Shown: positions 25,163 through 35,149 of the stretch, piece by piece
How the letters are laid out: every line of letters starts with the position of its first letter
Position numbering within the stretch: position 1 is the first letter of the stretch
From: a virus
Reading direction: 5' to 3' (one strand)
Length of the DNA: 64,000 nt
IMG/VR virus record: IMGVR_UViG_3300044999_000022
Coordinates: 1 to 64,000 of that record
Program-made: the position numbers and the translations under genes
Notes under the pieces: model-generated
What the model was told of the DNA's origin: nothing
Database searches by the model: none
What the model saw: only the letters and a program-made list of their open reading frames with translations

Positions 25163-25693
25163 ATGTCTGAGCTACCCGTGGAGACCACGTGGGCTCCAAA
25201 CGGAACGATGACCTGGGCGACGGCACAGGACGTCCTGAACATTACAGGCCAGCAGGTCAGCGACCAGCAGGTCATCTACGCAGGGTTCACGATCGACATG
25301 TTCACCGGCCGGCCGTACTCGTTCACCGGGCCAGACGGTCAGGAGTACAACTGGTACGAGAACACGGGCGACATTGATGCGTACTACCTGAAGCTGGCGG
25401 TAGTGTTCCAGACTGTCTGGATTCAGGCTCAGCCGGACATGATGTCGCGCCTCGACTTGGCGAACGTGCCAGCCAAGGGGCGTCCGCTGACGCTGAATGT
25501 TGGCGCGCTGCTCCTAGGCCCACTAGCCAAGAAGGCCTTGTCAAGGGTCAGCTGGCTGCGTAGCCGTGCCCTGCATGTCAGGTCGCCGTTCGAGGACCTG
25601 TACACCGCGAACTCGGTCAACTTCGGCGAGTTCGTATTCCCCTGGAGCCCAATCGGAGGCTACGGAGGGTTCCCTTCCGGGGTGGACTACTGA
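25163..25693 (+). CDS. Head-tail adaptor
   Basis: WATAQDV..TG, LKLAV..Q..W, LGPLAKKAL motifs typical of actinophage adaptors. Confidence 0.7.
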   Translation: MSELPVETTWAPNGTMTWATAQDVLNITGQQVSDQQVIYAGFTIDMFTGRPYSFTGPDGQEYNWYENTGDIDAYYLKLAVVFQTVWIQAQPDMMSRLDLANVPAKGRPLTLNVGALLLGPLAKKALSRVSWLRSRALHVRSPFEDLYTANSVNFGEFVFPWSPIGGYGGFPSGVDY

Positions 25694-26205
25694 TGGACCC
25701 TGCGCTGGTCGGCGCGATAGTCGCCGTGATCGTAGCTATCTTCGCGTCTATAACCGCGCCGATAGTACTGCAGATGCGCTTGGAGAAGCAGCATCGCGAG
25801 GATCGGGCAGATGACTGGGAGCGGCGTACAAAGGACCGAGAGGCTGACTGGGCACATCAAGATGCGATTGCGGCAAAGGCGGCGAAGGAGCTGAAGACCT
25901 CTAACGGACGCATAGCAGAGGCCGTAGAGGTCACTAATGGCAAGCTCGACGTCGTACATACTCTTGTAAACTCCAACATGACTACAGCTATGCAGGCCGA
26001 GTATGACGCGGTAACGCGCGAGCTGGCCATGATGCGTGAGGTCATGGAGTTGAAGCAGGCCGCCGGAGGAGCGCCGTCACCCGAGGCACTGGCGGCCATC
26101 AAGGCTACAGAACAGCAACTAAAGGAGCTAGCCGAAGCTCTAGGAGATCGGGCAAAGCCTGCCGAAAAGCTCCCAGACTCGGAAGCGGGAAATGAGGAGC
26201 CGTGA
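25693..26205 (+). CDS. Membrane-anchored coiled-coil protein
   Basis: N-terminal TM; VHTLVNSNMT motif; coiled coil. Confidence 0.6.
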   Translation: MDPALVGAIVAVIVAIFASITAPIVLQMRLEKQHREDRADDWERRTKDREADWAHQDAIAAKAAKELKTSNGRIAEAVEVTNGKLDVVHTLVNSNMTTAMQAEYDAVTRELAMMREVMELKQAAGGAPSPEALAAIKATEQQLKELAEALGDRAKPAEKLPDSEAGNEEP

Positions 26206-26555
26206 GGACTAGGACAGTAACCGATAGGATGGTGCTAGGCTATCTGGCCTTCTCAGCCCTAGCGATAACCGCGCTGATCATTATCGTGTCAATCCTAGCC
26301 GGTCGGACTAGCAGTGTATCGGCGTCGAACACGCGCTTGATCGCCGGTCAGCAGGCTAGTAATATCGCACAGTGTCGGCAGGGCAACGTGGTCCGGCAGC
26401 AGGACATAGCTATCTGGAACCAGTTTCTAGCCGACCTCGCGCCCCCGGGAGTACCCCTGCCTCCAAAGGAACGCGCTGAGTTGGTGCAGATCAACCGCCT
26501 GATCAGGATCAAGGATACTCCACGCAATTGTTCGGCGGCCTTTGCGGGCGTATAA
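26202..26555 (+). CDS. Membrane protein
   Basis: N-terminal TM, two Cys; GTGA coupling. Confidence 0.6.
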   Translation: MRTRTVTDRMVLGYLAFSALAITALIIIVSILAGRTSSVSASNTRLIAGQQASNIAQCRQGNVVRQQDIAIWNQFLADLAPPGVPLPPKERAELVQINRLIRIKDTPRNCSAAFAGV

Positions 26556-26584
26556 GTGAGGAAGTAAATTCGAATGGAGTACGA

Positions 26585-26614
26585 GCGAGATTCATCGTTC
26601 ACCTGGGATATACT
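26585..26614 (+). promoter_or_regulatory. Internal promoter (GCGAGATTC...GATATACT) for tail genes
   Basis: AT-rich gap with TATACT; closely matches the element at 57237-57266. Confidence 0.6.
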
Positions 26615-26634
26615 AAAGATATAGAACTCGAGAG

Positions 26635-27513
26635 GTGGTTAGCACGTATACACCAGCGAACACGACGGTAACGATCCTCCGGGGTACGAGCTTCGACCCC
26701 GAGGGTGACGTTGAGGACGTTACTGCGCAGATCGCGACGGGTGTGCTGTGCCAGATCAACGCCGCGAGGAATGGGACGTACGGAGTCCGGGTTTTCGAGC
26801 CGGGGACGACGGAGCCTAGTACGATCAGGACCTTTGAAGGGGTCATGCCCTCAGGGACGGGTGTTGAGAACACTGACCGCTTGGTAGACGAGAAGTCAGG
26901 CAACGTCTTTGAAGTCATTGCCGTTATCGACCCTTTGTACGAGTACCTGCAGCCCGATCTGCAGCTGGTGTTGAAGAGAGTTACTGCAACAACTCAAGTG
27001 TTATGCCGTAGAGGCAAGGACACACGGCTTATCCGTAAAGGAAGTACCGTGGCCCGCGTAGTCATATCAGCGAAAGCGATCGTTGGTATTGAGGTTGCTA
27101 CGCACGAGTTCCTTGACCACGTCATAGGCCCGCTGGTTACTGCGGACGCTATCCGGTACGCGCCCGAGCGCACAGGTGTCCTAAAGTCTTCGATTCGTTA
27201 CTGGGTTGTTGGGCAGACGTTGTACGTGGGAGCCTTTGCGCCATACGCGGCAGACGTCGAACTAGGACACCGTGTGTATCACCGGTTCAAGCACCAGTTG
27301 GGCCCTGAAGTTGTCCCTGAAGAGCCGTATCTGCGTCCGGCGCTGTACAAGTACCGTACGCCGGCAGATCTAGACCCGCCCGCGACCTTCCCAGTTGCGG
27401 TAGAGCATCCGGTACTGCCCTTCACGTTCGAGTCGCTTAGAGCGTACTTTGCGAACCCGAAGGGGCAGATTCACAGCATCTCGACCCGCACGCCGCTAAG
27501 GATGCCGCTGTGA
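26635..27513 (+). CDS. Head-closure/stopper domain in frame with an HK97 gp10-like tail completion domain
   Basis: N-half NTTVTILRGT; C-half APERTGVLKSSI..APYAADVELG..PYLRPA with its own AAGGAAG-GTG start near 27049. Confidence 0.7.
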   Translation: MVSTYTPANTTVTILRGTSFDPEGDVEDVTAQIATGVLCQINAARNGTYGVRVFEPGTTEPSTIRTFEGVMPSGTGVENTDRLVDEKSGNVFEVIAVIDPLYEYLQPDLQLVLKRVTATTQVLCRRGKDTRLIRKGSTVARVVISAKAIVGIEVATHEFLDHVIGPLVTADAIRYAPERTGVLKSSIRYWVVGQTLYVGAFAPYAADVELGHRVYHRFKHQLGPEVVPEEPYLRPALYKYRTPADLDPPATFPVAVEHPVLPFTFESLRAYFANPKGQIHSISTRTPLRMPL

Positions 27514-28025
27514 CTGGCCCGCTCCAGCACCCGACGTCCGCACTGGTAGCTGCGTCATGGATCTCGGAAATGATCAACTTCCCGCGCAGTGGTATTAGTA
27601 CACAGTTGCCTCAGGATTCGCTGACCTGGCCGGCGTTTCAAGACCTGTACGGCTCGAGCCAGGAGATCCGCCAGTTCATTACGGTTAGGGTTGTCGGCGG
27701 TACTCCTCAGCTAGACGTCCCTGTAGCCAAGCCAGTCGTTGACGTTGCGTGCTTTGCGACCAAGCCGACGTCAAATAAACCCCCATGGTTTGCCGCGGCG
27801 CAGACCATGGAGCTGATCCGTCTTGCTACTTACAATCGCACGCTAGGCCAATTCGGCCGGGCGTTGACGATCGGGGCGGGCAACGTAAATTATAACAGCG
27901 CGCGGGTCAACCAGGCCTGCATGTACACAGAGCCCCGACAGCTTTTCGGGGACGCTCGAAACTACGCGATCTACTCGGCGGACCTTCGCTTGACCTGGGT
28001 GGAGATTGGATACGTGTTGCAATGA
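27510..28025 (+). CDS. Tail terminator
   Basis: Position; FITVRVVGG..PVVDVACFA..PPW motifs. Confidence 0.7.
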   Translation: MTGPLQHPTSALVAASWISEMINFPRSGISTQLPQDSLTWPAFQDLYGSSQEIRQFITVRVVGGTPQLDVPVAKPVVDVACFATKPTSNKPPWFAAAQTMELIRLATYNRTLGQFGRALTIGAGNVNYNSARVNQACMYTEPRQLFGDARNYAIYSADLRLTWVEIGYVLQ

Positions 28026-28585
28026 AGAAGGTCAAGGTCACGCTCTTCCAGGAACCGATCTCGGTCCCGGATGATGAAGTTCCTGTTCTACAGGGCCAGG
28101 GGCTGCTCGAGCAGGTGTACGACGAGGAGGTTGTGGATGCCCCCAAGGCGGCGGGCAGCGGCCGGCGGCCGAAAGCGCAAGATTCGGGTCAATCCGAAGA
28201 ACAAGGGCGCGTTCACGCGCCAGGCGAAGGCGGCGAGGATGGGCGTGCAAGCTTACGCCCGGAGGGTCCTGGCCGCGCCGAAGGGGCGTTACAGCCCGAA
28301 GACAAGGCAGCGCGCAGCGTTCGCCAAAGGCATAGGCGGCGCGTCGCGTCGTCGAGCACGAGGGAGGTGAAACATGGCACGAGTTATTCTCGCACCGCAG
28401 ATCCTACAGGCCAACGGGCAGTTCACGTTGACAGGCGCTGCCGGTGTGGCTCCGGGAGGTTCGGGCGCCGGCAACGGTGTGCAGTTCACGAACTTCCCCG
28501 GACAGACGTTCCTGTTGGTTATCAACGGTGCGACACTGGCGTCGGGTCAGATCACGGTAGCGGTCGGCGCTACGATTCTCGGTGA
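28022..28585 (+). CDS. Small acidic protein (MKKVKVTLFQEPISVPDDE...) with long overlapping C-terminal read-through
   Basis: ATGA coupling to terminator gene; only the first ~40 aa look like a real domain. Confidence 0.45.
   Translation: MKKVKVTLFQEPISVPDDEVPVLQGQGLLEQVYDEEVVDAPKAAGSGRRPKAQDSGQSEEQGRVHAPGEGGEDGRASLRPEGPGRAEGALQPEDKAARSVRQRHRRRVASSSTREVKHGTSYSRTADPTGQRAVHVDRRCRCGSGRFGRRQRCAVHELPRTDVPVGYQRCDTGVGSDHGSGRRYDSR
28137..28370 (+). CDS. Small highly basic protein
   Basis: GAGGAGG RBS; Arg/Lys/Ala-rich with no acidic residues; KNKGAFT..GVQAYARRVL..RAAFAK. Confidence 0.7.
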   Translation: MPPRRRAAAGGRKRKIRVNPKNKGAFTRQAKAARMGVQAYARRVLAAPKGRYSPKTRQRAAFAKGIGGASRRRARGR

Positions 28586-28763
28586 GGCGTTCGCTGCCTA
28601 CAACATCGGAGTCAGTACCGGGATCCCGGTCAGCACTCAGTGGCTGCTAGGCCCGTTCCCGTCAGCGTTCGACCAGCCGGCAACCAACCAGATCGGGGTC
28701 GACTTCGCGACGAGCGTCGCGGCCCTGACCTGTATCGCCCTGCAGCTTGCAGGCATAACCTAG
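28374..28763 (+). CDS. Virion protein (tail-associated)
   Basis: GGAGGT RBS; paralog of next gene. Confidence 0.7.
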   Translation: MARVILAPQILQANGQFTLTGAAGVAPGGSGAGNGVQFTNFPGQTFLLVINGATLASGQITVAVGATILGEAFAAYNIGVSTGIPVSTQWLLGPFPSAFDQPATNQIGVDFATSVAALTCIALQLAGIT

Positions 28764-28775
28764 AGGAGGTGAACT

Positions 28776-29171
28776 ATGGCTCGAGTTTCACTAGTACCGA
28801 CGATCATCCAGGCGCAGAGCGCCTCAGTTCTGACGCCGGCGAACCTGACCACGCTAGCGTCGGCTGGGACGGCTCCAGGAGTCGGAGCCGGCAACGGAGT
28901 TCAGTTCACGAACTTCCCCGGGCAGACGGTCCTACTGGTCAGCGTGGGTGCGACACCTTCGACAGCGACGATCGTTATCGGCCCGACCTTGTACGGACAG
29001 GCAGCGACCGGGATCGCCGTTCCGCTGGTGATCAGCGTGCTCAACATGTTGGGGCCGTTCTACTCTGCAGCCGAGCTCGTTCTGATCGGGACGAGCGGGG
29101 TCACGGCGGTCGACTTCAGCTCTGCAACCGCGGTGCTCTGTGCCGCGATCCAGCTCGCAGGCGTTTCCTAA
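28776..29171 (+). CDS. Virion protein, paralog of 28374..28763
   Basis: Shared GAGNGVQFTNFPGQT and LGPF motifs. Confidence 0.7.
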   Translation: MARVSLVPTIIQAQSASVLTPANLTTLASAGTAPGVGAGNGVQFTNFPGQTVLLVSVGATPSTATIVIGPTLYGQAATGIAVPLVISVLNMLGPFYSAAELVLIGTSGVTAVDFSSATAVLCAAIQLAGVS

Positions 29172-29183
29172 AGGAGGTGAATA

Positions 29184-29777
29184 ATGGCCGTTAACCCGAA
29201 CAACATCTGTCAGGGCCCAGCAGTTATCTACTGGAACACGTTCGGAGCTACCGAACCTCCTGACACGAACGCAGCGATCACACAGCCGCCGAACATCACG
29301 GGGTCACCGAACTATACGGACCTTGGGGGTACGACCGGCGGTGTGGCCTTCATGGTCAGTCACACCTACGGACAGATCAAGGTCGACCAGTTGGTTGACC
29401 CGGTCAGCGCGCGGCTGACCGGCAGGGTGATTCAGGTAACGTTTGGCCTCCTCGAGGCGACGTTGCAGAACCTGTACCTGGCGATGAACCAGGCAGCCAA
29501 CCAGAACATCCTGACCGGTGTTTCAACACTGGACCCGATCACGACAACTTCGGCCACGCAGCCGACGTTCATCAGCCTCGTTCTCGACGGGTGGGCGCCG
29601 ACGCTGGCAACCGGGATCGCCGCCAGGCGGCGGATCATCGTCAGGAAGGTACTGAGCGACGTCAAGGCGACCGCGAAGTATGACATGACGAACCAGGTGA
29701 CCTGGGAGTGCACCTTTACGGCGTACTACGTCTCAGGCACCATCGCCCCGTTTCATATTCAGGACCAGACTTCATAA
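29184..29777 (+). CDS. Major tail protein
   Basis: GPA.IY..FGATEP, DLGGTTGGV, VDQ, EATLQNL motifs; position. Confidence 0.85.
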   Translation: MAVNPNNICQGPAVIYWNTFGATEPPDTNAAITQPPNITGSPNYTDLGGTTGGVAFMVSHTYGQIKVDQLVDPVSARLTGRVIQVTFGLLEATLQNLYLAMNQAANQNILTGVSTLDPITTTSATQPTFISLVLDGWAPTLATGIAARRRIIVRKVLSDVKATAKYDMTNQVTWECTFTAYYVSGTIAPFHIQDQTS

Positions 29778-29789
29778 GGAGGCGCTATC

Positions 29790-30191
29790 GTGGCGGACAC
29801 GGATATTCACGGCGTCGCTTCAGACGAGGACAGTCTCGACGTTCTCAGGTTCTCGTCTGAGGCGAAGGCCGACAAGAAGGCAGACCAGCGCGTGCCACTG
29901 TTCTACATGGACGACGAGGTCTACACCGTACCGCGGTTCCCCCACCCGGCAGTGGGACTGCGCTATCTCAAGATCCTGCACGAAGAGGGGGATGGTGAGG
30001 CGCAGTACTACTTGCTCACCGAGATGCTGGGCGAGGACGGCTACGAGGCCCTAATGGACTTCAGTGAGAAGGGCCGGATTACGCCCGACCAGTTCGACGC
30101 GGTCATGGCAAAGGCGCTCCGGATCGTCGGACGCCAAGACGAGCCGAGCCCAAAAGCCCGCCGGAATGGGCGACCCGTTCGCAGGAGATGA
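29790..30191 (+). CDS. Tail assembly chaperone (gpG-like)
   Basis: Between major tail and tape measure; carries slippery site. Confidence 0.8.
   Translation: MADTDIHGVASDEDSLDVLRFSSEAKADKKADQRVPLFYMDDEVYTVPRFPHPAVGLRYLKILHEEGDGEAQYYLLTEMLGEDGYEALMDFSEKGRITPDQFDAVMAKALRIVGRQDEPSPKARRNGRPVRRR
30149..30155 (+). other. -1 programmed ribosomal frameshift site C CCA AAA
   Basis: X XXY YYZ heptamer in the gpG frame; -1 frame is open and continuous with the 30188..30547 ORF. Confidence 0.8.
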
Positions 30192-30547
30192 TGTGGGTGT
30201 GGCTGCTACTGGATGACGTCTGTAGTGATATGAGTGTGTATCATCGTGTCAACGACATCCTGAAGCTGCCTGGGGTGGTCTTCTGGCGCTTGGCTGACCG
30301 CCTTCCGGCTTACAACGGCGCCGTAACTCGGGGCATGGAACGTCTGAGCAAGGAGCTTGAGACCGTCACTCAGGCAGACGCTCGCGAGCTCTTGTACGAC
30401 TACGTGGCGGAAGAGCTCGTACCGGACGAGGAGCCGGAGGTCGAGACTGAAACTGTCCTGACGGCGGAGCAGCTAGTAGCGCTAGGACCGGCTGCTCCCG
30501 CGCTGGGTCAGGATGTGCCGATATTTGAGGTTGTGAAGTGTACTTGA
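30188..30547 (+). CDS. Tail assembly chaperone, frameshift-extended part (gpT-like)
   Basis: In -1 frame of gpG; D.S.YHRV..RLPAYNGAV motif. Confidence 0.75.
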   Translation: MMWVWLLLDDVCSDMSVYHRVNDILKLPGVVFWRLADRLPAYNGAVTRGMERLSKELETVTQADARELLYDYVAEELVPDEEPEVETETVLTAEQLVALGPAAPALGQDVPIFEVVKCT

Positions 30548-30567
30548 CAAGGAGGTGACTATCTTCG

Positions 30568-33500
30568 GTGGCTGGCGGTTTTAAGATAGCAGATGCGTAC
30601 GTCGATGTCGAGGTTAACGAGGACACGCTCGATGCGGCGATTGCAGCTGCACAGGCGAAGCTGGCGGCCATTAAGGACCGCGCGGTTGCTGTCGGCCTGA
30701 GCAAGGAGTCCATGACGGCGTTGGCGGCGCAGATCAAGGCCGTCAATGGAATGCTGGCTAATCTTAAGGGCCGCGCAGATATCAGCCTGAACGCCTCCGA
30801 GCTGATTGCGCAGATTGCGGCTATCCAGAAGCTCATGGATAGCATACAGACGAAGTTCAACATCCAGGTTGACACAAAAGATCTATCGAGCGCGTTTAAG
30901 GACGTTGCACTAAGCGCAACCGCCGCCGGTGTAGCGGTCGTCACGATGGGCGACCGGACGGAGCAGACCCTTGGCACACTGTTCCCTGTGATGAGCCAGT
31001 GGATTCAAGGCTGGGGCGTCATGCGAGGGAACGTCCAGCTGTTCGCGGGCGTACTTACGCAGCTCGGCCTTCCAGCGTTTATCGCGTCTGCTTCAGCGCT
31101 CCATCTTATAGTTGACTCCGCATTTGAATTGGCGTCCGTCCTGATCCCTGCAACGATCGGGATCATAGCATTCGGACTTGCAGCAGCTCCGACGCTTGAC
31201 GATATCGCGACAAAGATGAGGGCAGTCTGGGTAACTTCAACCGCACTGCAGACTACCATCTACCCGCTGAGCGGCGCGTTTGCTCAGATGGAGAATGCTG
31301 TCAAGCCGGACGTCATCGAGGGGTTCGGTGAGGCGCTAGTCCTTGTTAATGACAAGACTGGCGAGTTTATCGCCCTTGCGAGGCAGGCGGGCACGGTTAT
31401 ACTGCAGCTAGAGACCCGCATGGTCACTGCGTTGGACTCGAGCGGTCTGAGCCAGTTTACCAAGAACGCTGCTCAGGACCTGTCCTTGCTCGGCAACATC
31501 ATTGGCAACATCTTTGGCATTATCGGTAACTTGCTCCACGCGGTTCCAGGGTACGCTCAGGTCTTGTTTCAGGCGCTACAGAACTTTACAGGCGCGCTCG
31601 AGGCAATTACCTCAAACCCGATTGTGCAATGGATCCTGCAGCTAGGACTAGCAGTTCACGGTGCGCTACTCTGGCTGGGTCTTGGAGCGACTGCCGCGGT
31701 ATACTTCGGCAACGCGTTGATAGGACTGGCGGCGAAGTTCGGCTTGGCCGAAGAAGGCGCGCTAGCCTTTGACTCGATCCAGTTCGGTACCGGTCTGCTA
31801 TTGATGTTCTCCTATGTTGGGGATCTTGCGGTTGCGCTAGTCACGTTTGCCGGCGCGGAAGATATTGCAACTGCTGCTACTGGATCCTTTGATGCGGCCC
31901 TAATAGTACTAGACGCTGTCAACCCGTTGGTTTGGGTTGGGGCGGTTGCGGTAGCACTAGGCGCCCTTATCTATTGGCTGACCCGGTCTACGTCCGCTAC
32001 GCAGTCGTACAATACAGCCGTTAATTCGGCACTCCAGAATGCGCCGGTCAGCCAGTTTAGTATTGACCTGACGAAAGAGATGTCGGCTACCATTGGACAG
32101 CTATCAATTGCGCAGGTTCAGCTGGCCAATACCGCCAAGCCGCTAGCAGGCGGCACTCCGCAGCAGATCGAGCGGAGTACTGCAGCCTATCAGGCGCAAG
32201 TCAATGTCGTGAAAGGTTATCAGGGCGAGCTACAGACGCTCCAGACCTACCAAGGGAACTATAACACCCTGCTCAAGGCCTCCGGGAACAATCTTAGCTT
32301 TCTGAATACGGCCGGTATCACGTCGAACATGATTGTCGGCGCGAGCGCGCAGCAGCTGAAGGAATACGTCATCGAGGTCAAGGCTGCAGCTGATGCTCAG
32401 GAGGCCTTGGGGCTTGGGACCGGCCGAGCTGCAGCAGCGCAGAACGCGCAGACCAACATCTTCATGACGGAGACCGTTCCGGCACTGCAGAAGGTGACAC
32501 AGGCCGAGACCGCAGTCATTACGATGATTACGGGCGGCCAGCTGGCTGTCGACAACTTCCAGCAGGGTATGGATACTCTGGCGCAGAACTTCATTGCGGC
32601 CTCTGGCAGCGGCGCTACGGTAACGTACACTCTGGACCACATTAAGAGCTCGGCGAACTCTGCAGGGGCTGCGCTAACTGGGACTAGCCAAGCCAGCTAC
32701 GCGTTGAACCAGGCGTTCTATCAGCAGATTAACAATGCACAGAGCGCTATCAACTCGCTACAGGGCATGGGGGCGAGTACCAGCGACCTCACACCTATCA
32801 TTGGTACGATGGCCGCGCAGATGAAGGGGTTTGCAGGCAACAACGTCGAGGCGAATTCGACCATCGTTGCCTTGATCAATAACGCGCTTGGTCCTGGCAC
32901 CGTTTCGCTTCAGACCTTGAATGGTTGGCTCAAGACTAACAGTACCACGCTGCAGGGCATGGATGCGGATGTCGCAAAGATTACGATCGACGCAGCCGCG
33001 TTTGCCGGCGTGCTGAATCAGGACGTGAACGCGGCGCTGTCAGCGTCTATCATCCAGGCAGAGGGCGGCCAGAAGGCCTTTGACCAATTCGCGACAGGCG
33101 TCTATACCGGTAACACGGCCAGTAACACATTTAAGGCTTCGGGTGTACAGGTCATTTCGATGCTGCTCCAGCAGTCCGGTAATAGCTTGCCGAAGACGCG
33201 CAAGGCTTTCGAAGACTACACTAACAGCCTGGGGCTGAGCAAGGGCGCCTCAGACGCCCTGTGGACTTCGTTGAAGAATCAGTTGCTTGACCAAACGGCA
33301 ACGAAGGCAGGGGAGACCCGATCAGCCTTTGTGCAATTCGCAACGCAGCTTGGCCTGACAAAGAAGGGCGCGGACAATCTGTGGGACTCGCTCCATAAAC
33401 TAACCGGGGGCAGTCCATACAAGTTGAGCCTGACCGAGACCGGTCAGGGTACATTCATCATTAACGGTAACGTCGCGCCTACGCCGTCCGGTGGAGTACC

Positions 33501-35148
33501 GCTTACCACTGCCGTAACACATCCTGCGCACGCCGCAGGCGGACGGATTCTGTTGGGGACAACCCCGACTGCAGATGACGTACTGATCCGGGTGTCCAAG
33601 GGCGAGACAGTACTGTCGGCTTATCACTCCGCGATACTAGCTCCGCACCTCAAGAGGCTCGGTGTCCCTGGATACGCTGCCGGAGGCGTCCCGAACATCT
33701 CAGGGCAGATCTCCGCGCTAGCTGGCGCGACCCAGTCGGACTGGCAGGCCTTTGTTAACCAGATGACGCAGGCCATGGAAACGGCTATGACGTCCGCCAT
33801 GAAGACGGCGCAGGCCGCAGCCCAGGCTGCCGCTAGCGCGGGTGGAGGCGTTGGCAGTGGTGCGGTTGCTAACAGTGCGCAAATCGCCGCGATTGCAGCA
33901 GCTCACGGCATTACTGGGGCGCAACTAACCGCGTTGCTGCAGGTCATCGCACGTGAGTCGGGCGGATCAACGACCGCGAAGAACCCGACCTCGGGTGCGT
34001 ACGGTATTGCGCAGTTTATCAATGGACCTAGCGAGTACGCACAGTACGGCGGCAACGTTGGCACCGTTGCAGGCCAGGTTACCGCGATGATCAACTACAT
34101 CCTACAGCGATACGGGTCGCCGGAGGCGGCTGAGGCGCATGAGGTTGCTTACGGCTGGTACGACAAGGGTGGGATGATTCCTCCCGGGTTGACGCTAGTG
34201 TCGAACATGACCAAGCAAAATGAAATGGTGCTGCCGGGCGCCGTGATCTCGCAGTTCCAAGACAGCCTAATCGCGATTCCGCATCCTATAACGATGCTGA
34301 CGTCGGCTATCAAGGCGCTGACGACCGCGACTGCAAAGGCGTCGAGTACAGCGGCGGCTACGACTACGGCGACGACTGTAGCGAAGGCCGTGGCAACCGC
34401 GGTAACTAAGAAGCCGTCAGCTCCCGCTGAGACGACGTTGTCTGCGGACGAGAAGAAGGCGAACGAGCTTCGTACCCAAATGGCATCACTGTGGAAGCTC
34501 ATTCTCGCGGAGGCCAAGCAGGGAAATACAAAGACTGCAGCCGCGAACGAAGCCTCCTATCGCAAGATGCAGGCTTCACTGAACAGTACAGAAGCCGCTA
34601 TTAAGGCGGACAAGCAAGTCATCACAGAGCTGAAGGCACAGGTTGCTGCGGCCTCTACCGCTGCAAAGGCGGTCCGGGAGAAGATTGCAGAGACCGAGAA
34701 GCAGCTCCTAGCAGCTACTAAAGACGGTAACACGGCGGCGGCCGCTAAGGATGCCAGGAACTTGGCGGCCGAGGAGAAGCAGCTAACAGCGGCAAATCAC
34801 CACTTGGCCGTACTAGAGGCCGAAGCTAAGGCGGCAGGCGCTACATCGACGAGCACGTCTTCGACTGCTAAGAAGGGCGTGACTCCTGTAGCCGTAACGT
34901 CGGTCGCAGCCTCTGCGATTCAGTACGTTCAGGACAAGGCGGCAGAGGCCAGCCTACACAATATCAAGAGCGACCTGTCACAGCAGGTCCAGCAGCAGCT
35001 GGTGATCATAGCGGGGCTTAAGAAGTTGGACACCGATCTAGGCCAGGTGCTCGCGGCGATCAAGGCGAACACTGCCGCAGTTGCTGCGGCAGCGAAGTCC
35101 AGCGCTAGTACGGCTCAGAAGGCCCGGTATCCTCGAGGAGGTACGTAA
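30568..35148 (+). CDS. Tape measure protein with lytic transglycosylase domain
   Basis: 1526 aa, Ala-rich helical, FKIADAYV start; ARESGG..NPTSGAYGIAQF..YI..RYGSP..H...GWY SLT motif. Confidence 0.92.
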   Translation: MAGGFKIADAYVDVEVNEDTLDAAIAAAQAKLAAIKDRAVAVGLSKESMTALAAQIKAVNGMLANLKGRADISLNASELIAQIAAIQKLMDSIQTKFNIQVDTKDLSSAFKDVALSATAAGVAVVTMGDRTEQTLGTLFPVMSQWIQGWGVMRGNVQLFAGVLTQLGLPAFIASASALHLIVDSAFELASVLIPATIGIIAFGLAAAPTLDDIATKMRAVWVTSTALQTTIYPLSGAFAQMENAVKPDVIEGFGEALVLVNDKTGEFIALARQAGTVILQLETRMVTALDSSGLSQFTKNAAQDLSLLGNIIGNIFGIIGNLLHAVPGYAQVLFQALQNFTGALEAITSNPIVQWILQLGLAVHGALLWLGLGATAAVYFGNALIGLAAKFGLAEEGALAFDSIQFGTGLLLMFSYVGDLAVALVTFAGAEDIATAATGSFDAALIVLDAVNPLVWVGAVAVALGALIYWLTRSTSATQSYNTAVNSALQNAPVSQFSIDLTKEMSATIGQLSIAQVQLANTAKPLAGGTPQQIERSTAAYQAQVNVVKGYQGELQTLQTYQGNYNTLLKASGNNLSFLNTAGITSNMIVGASAQQLKEYVIEVKAAADAQEALGLGTGRAAAAQNAQTNIFMTETVPALQKVTQAETAVITMITGGQLAVDNFQQGMDTLAQNFIAASGSGATVTYTLDHIKSSANSAGAALTGTSQASYALNQAFYQQINNAQSAINSLQGMGASTSDLTPIIGTMAAQMKGFAGNNVEANSTIVALINNALGPGTVSLQTLNGWLKTNSTTLQGMDADVAKITIDAAAFAGVLNQDVNAALSASIIQAEGGQKAFDQFATGVYTGNTASNTFKASGVQVISMLLQQSGNSLPKTRKAFEDYTNSLGLSKGASDALWTSLKNQLLDQTATKAGETRSAFVQFATQLGLTKKGADNLWDSLHKLTGGSPYKLSLTETGQGTFIINGNVAPTPSGGVPLTTAVTHPAHAAGGRILLGTTPTADDVLIRVSKGETVLSAYHSAILAPHLKRLGVPGYAAGGVPNISGQISALAGATQSDWQAFVNQMTQAMETAMTSAMKTAQAAAQAAASAGGGVGSGAVANSAQIAAIAAAHGITGAQLTALLQVIARESGGSTTAKNPTSGAYGIAQFINGPSEYAQYGGNVGTVAGQVTAMINYILQRYGSPEAAEAHEVAYGWYDKGGMIPPGLTLVSNMTKQNEMVLPGAVISQFQDSLIAIPHPITMLTSAIKALTTATAKASSTAAATTTATTVAKAVATAVTKKPSAPAETTLSADEKKANELRTQMASLWKLILAEAKQGNTKTAAANEASYRKMQASLNSTEAAIKADKQVITELKAQVAAASTAAKAVREKIAETEKQLLAATKDGNTAAAAKDARNLAAEEKQLTAANHHLAVLEAEAKAAGATSTSTSSTAKKGVTPVAVTSVAASAIQYVQDKAAEASLHNIKSDLSQQVQQQLVIIAGLKKLDTDLGQVLAAIKANTAAVAAAAKSSASTAQKARYPRGGT

Positions 35149-35149
35149 A

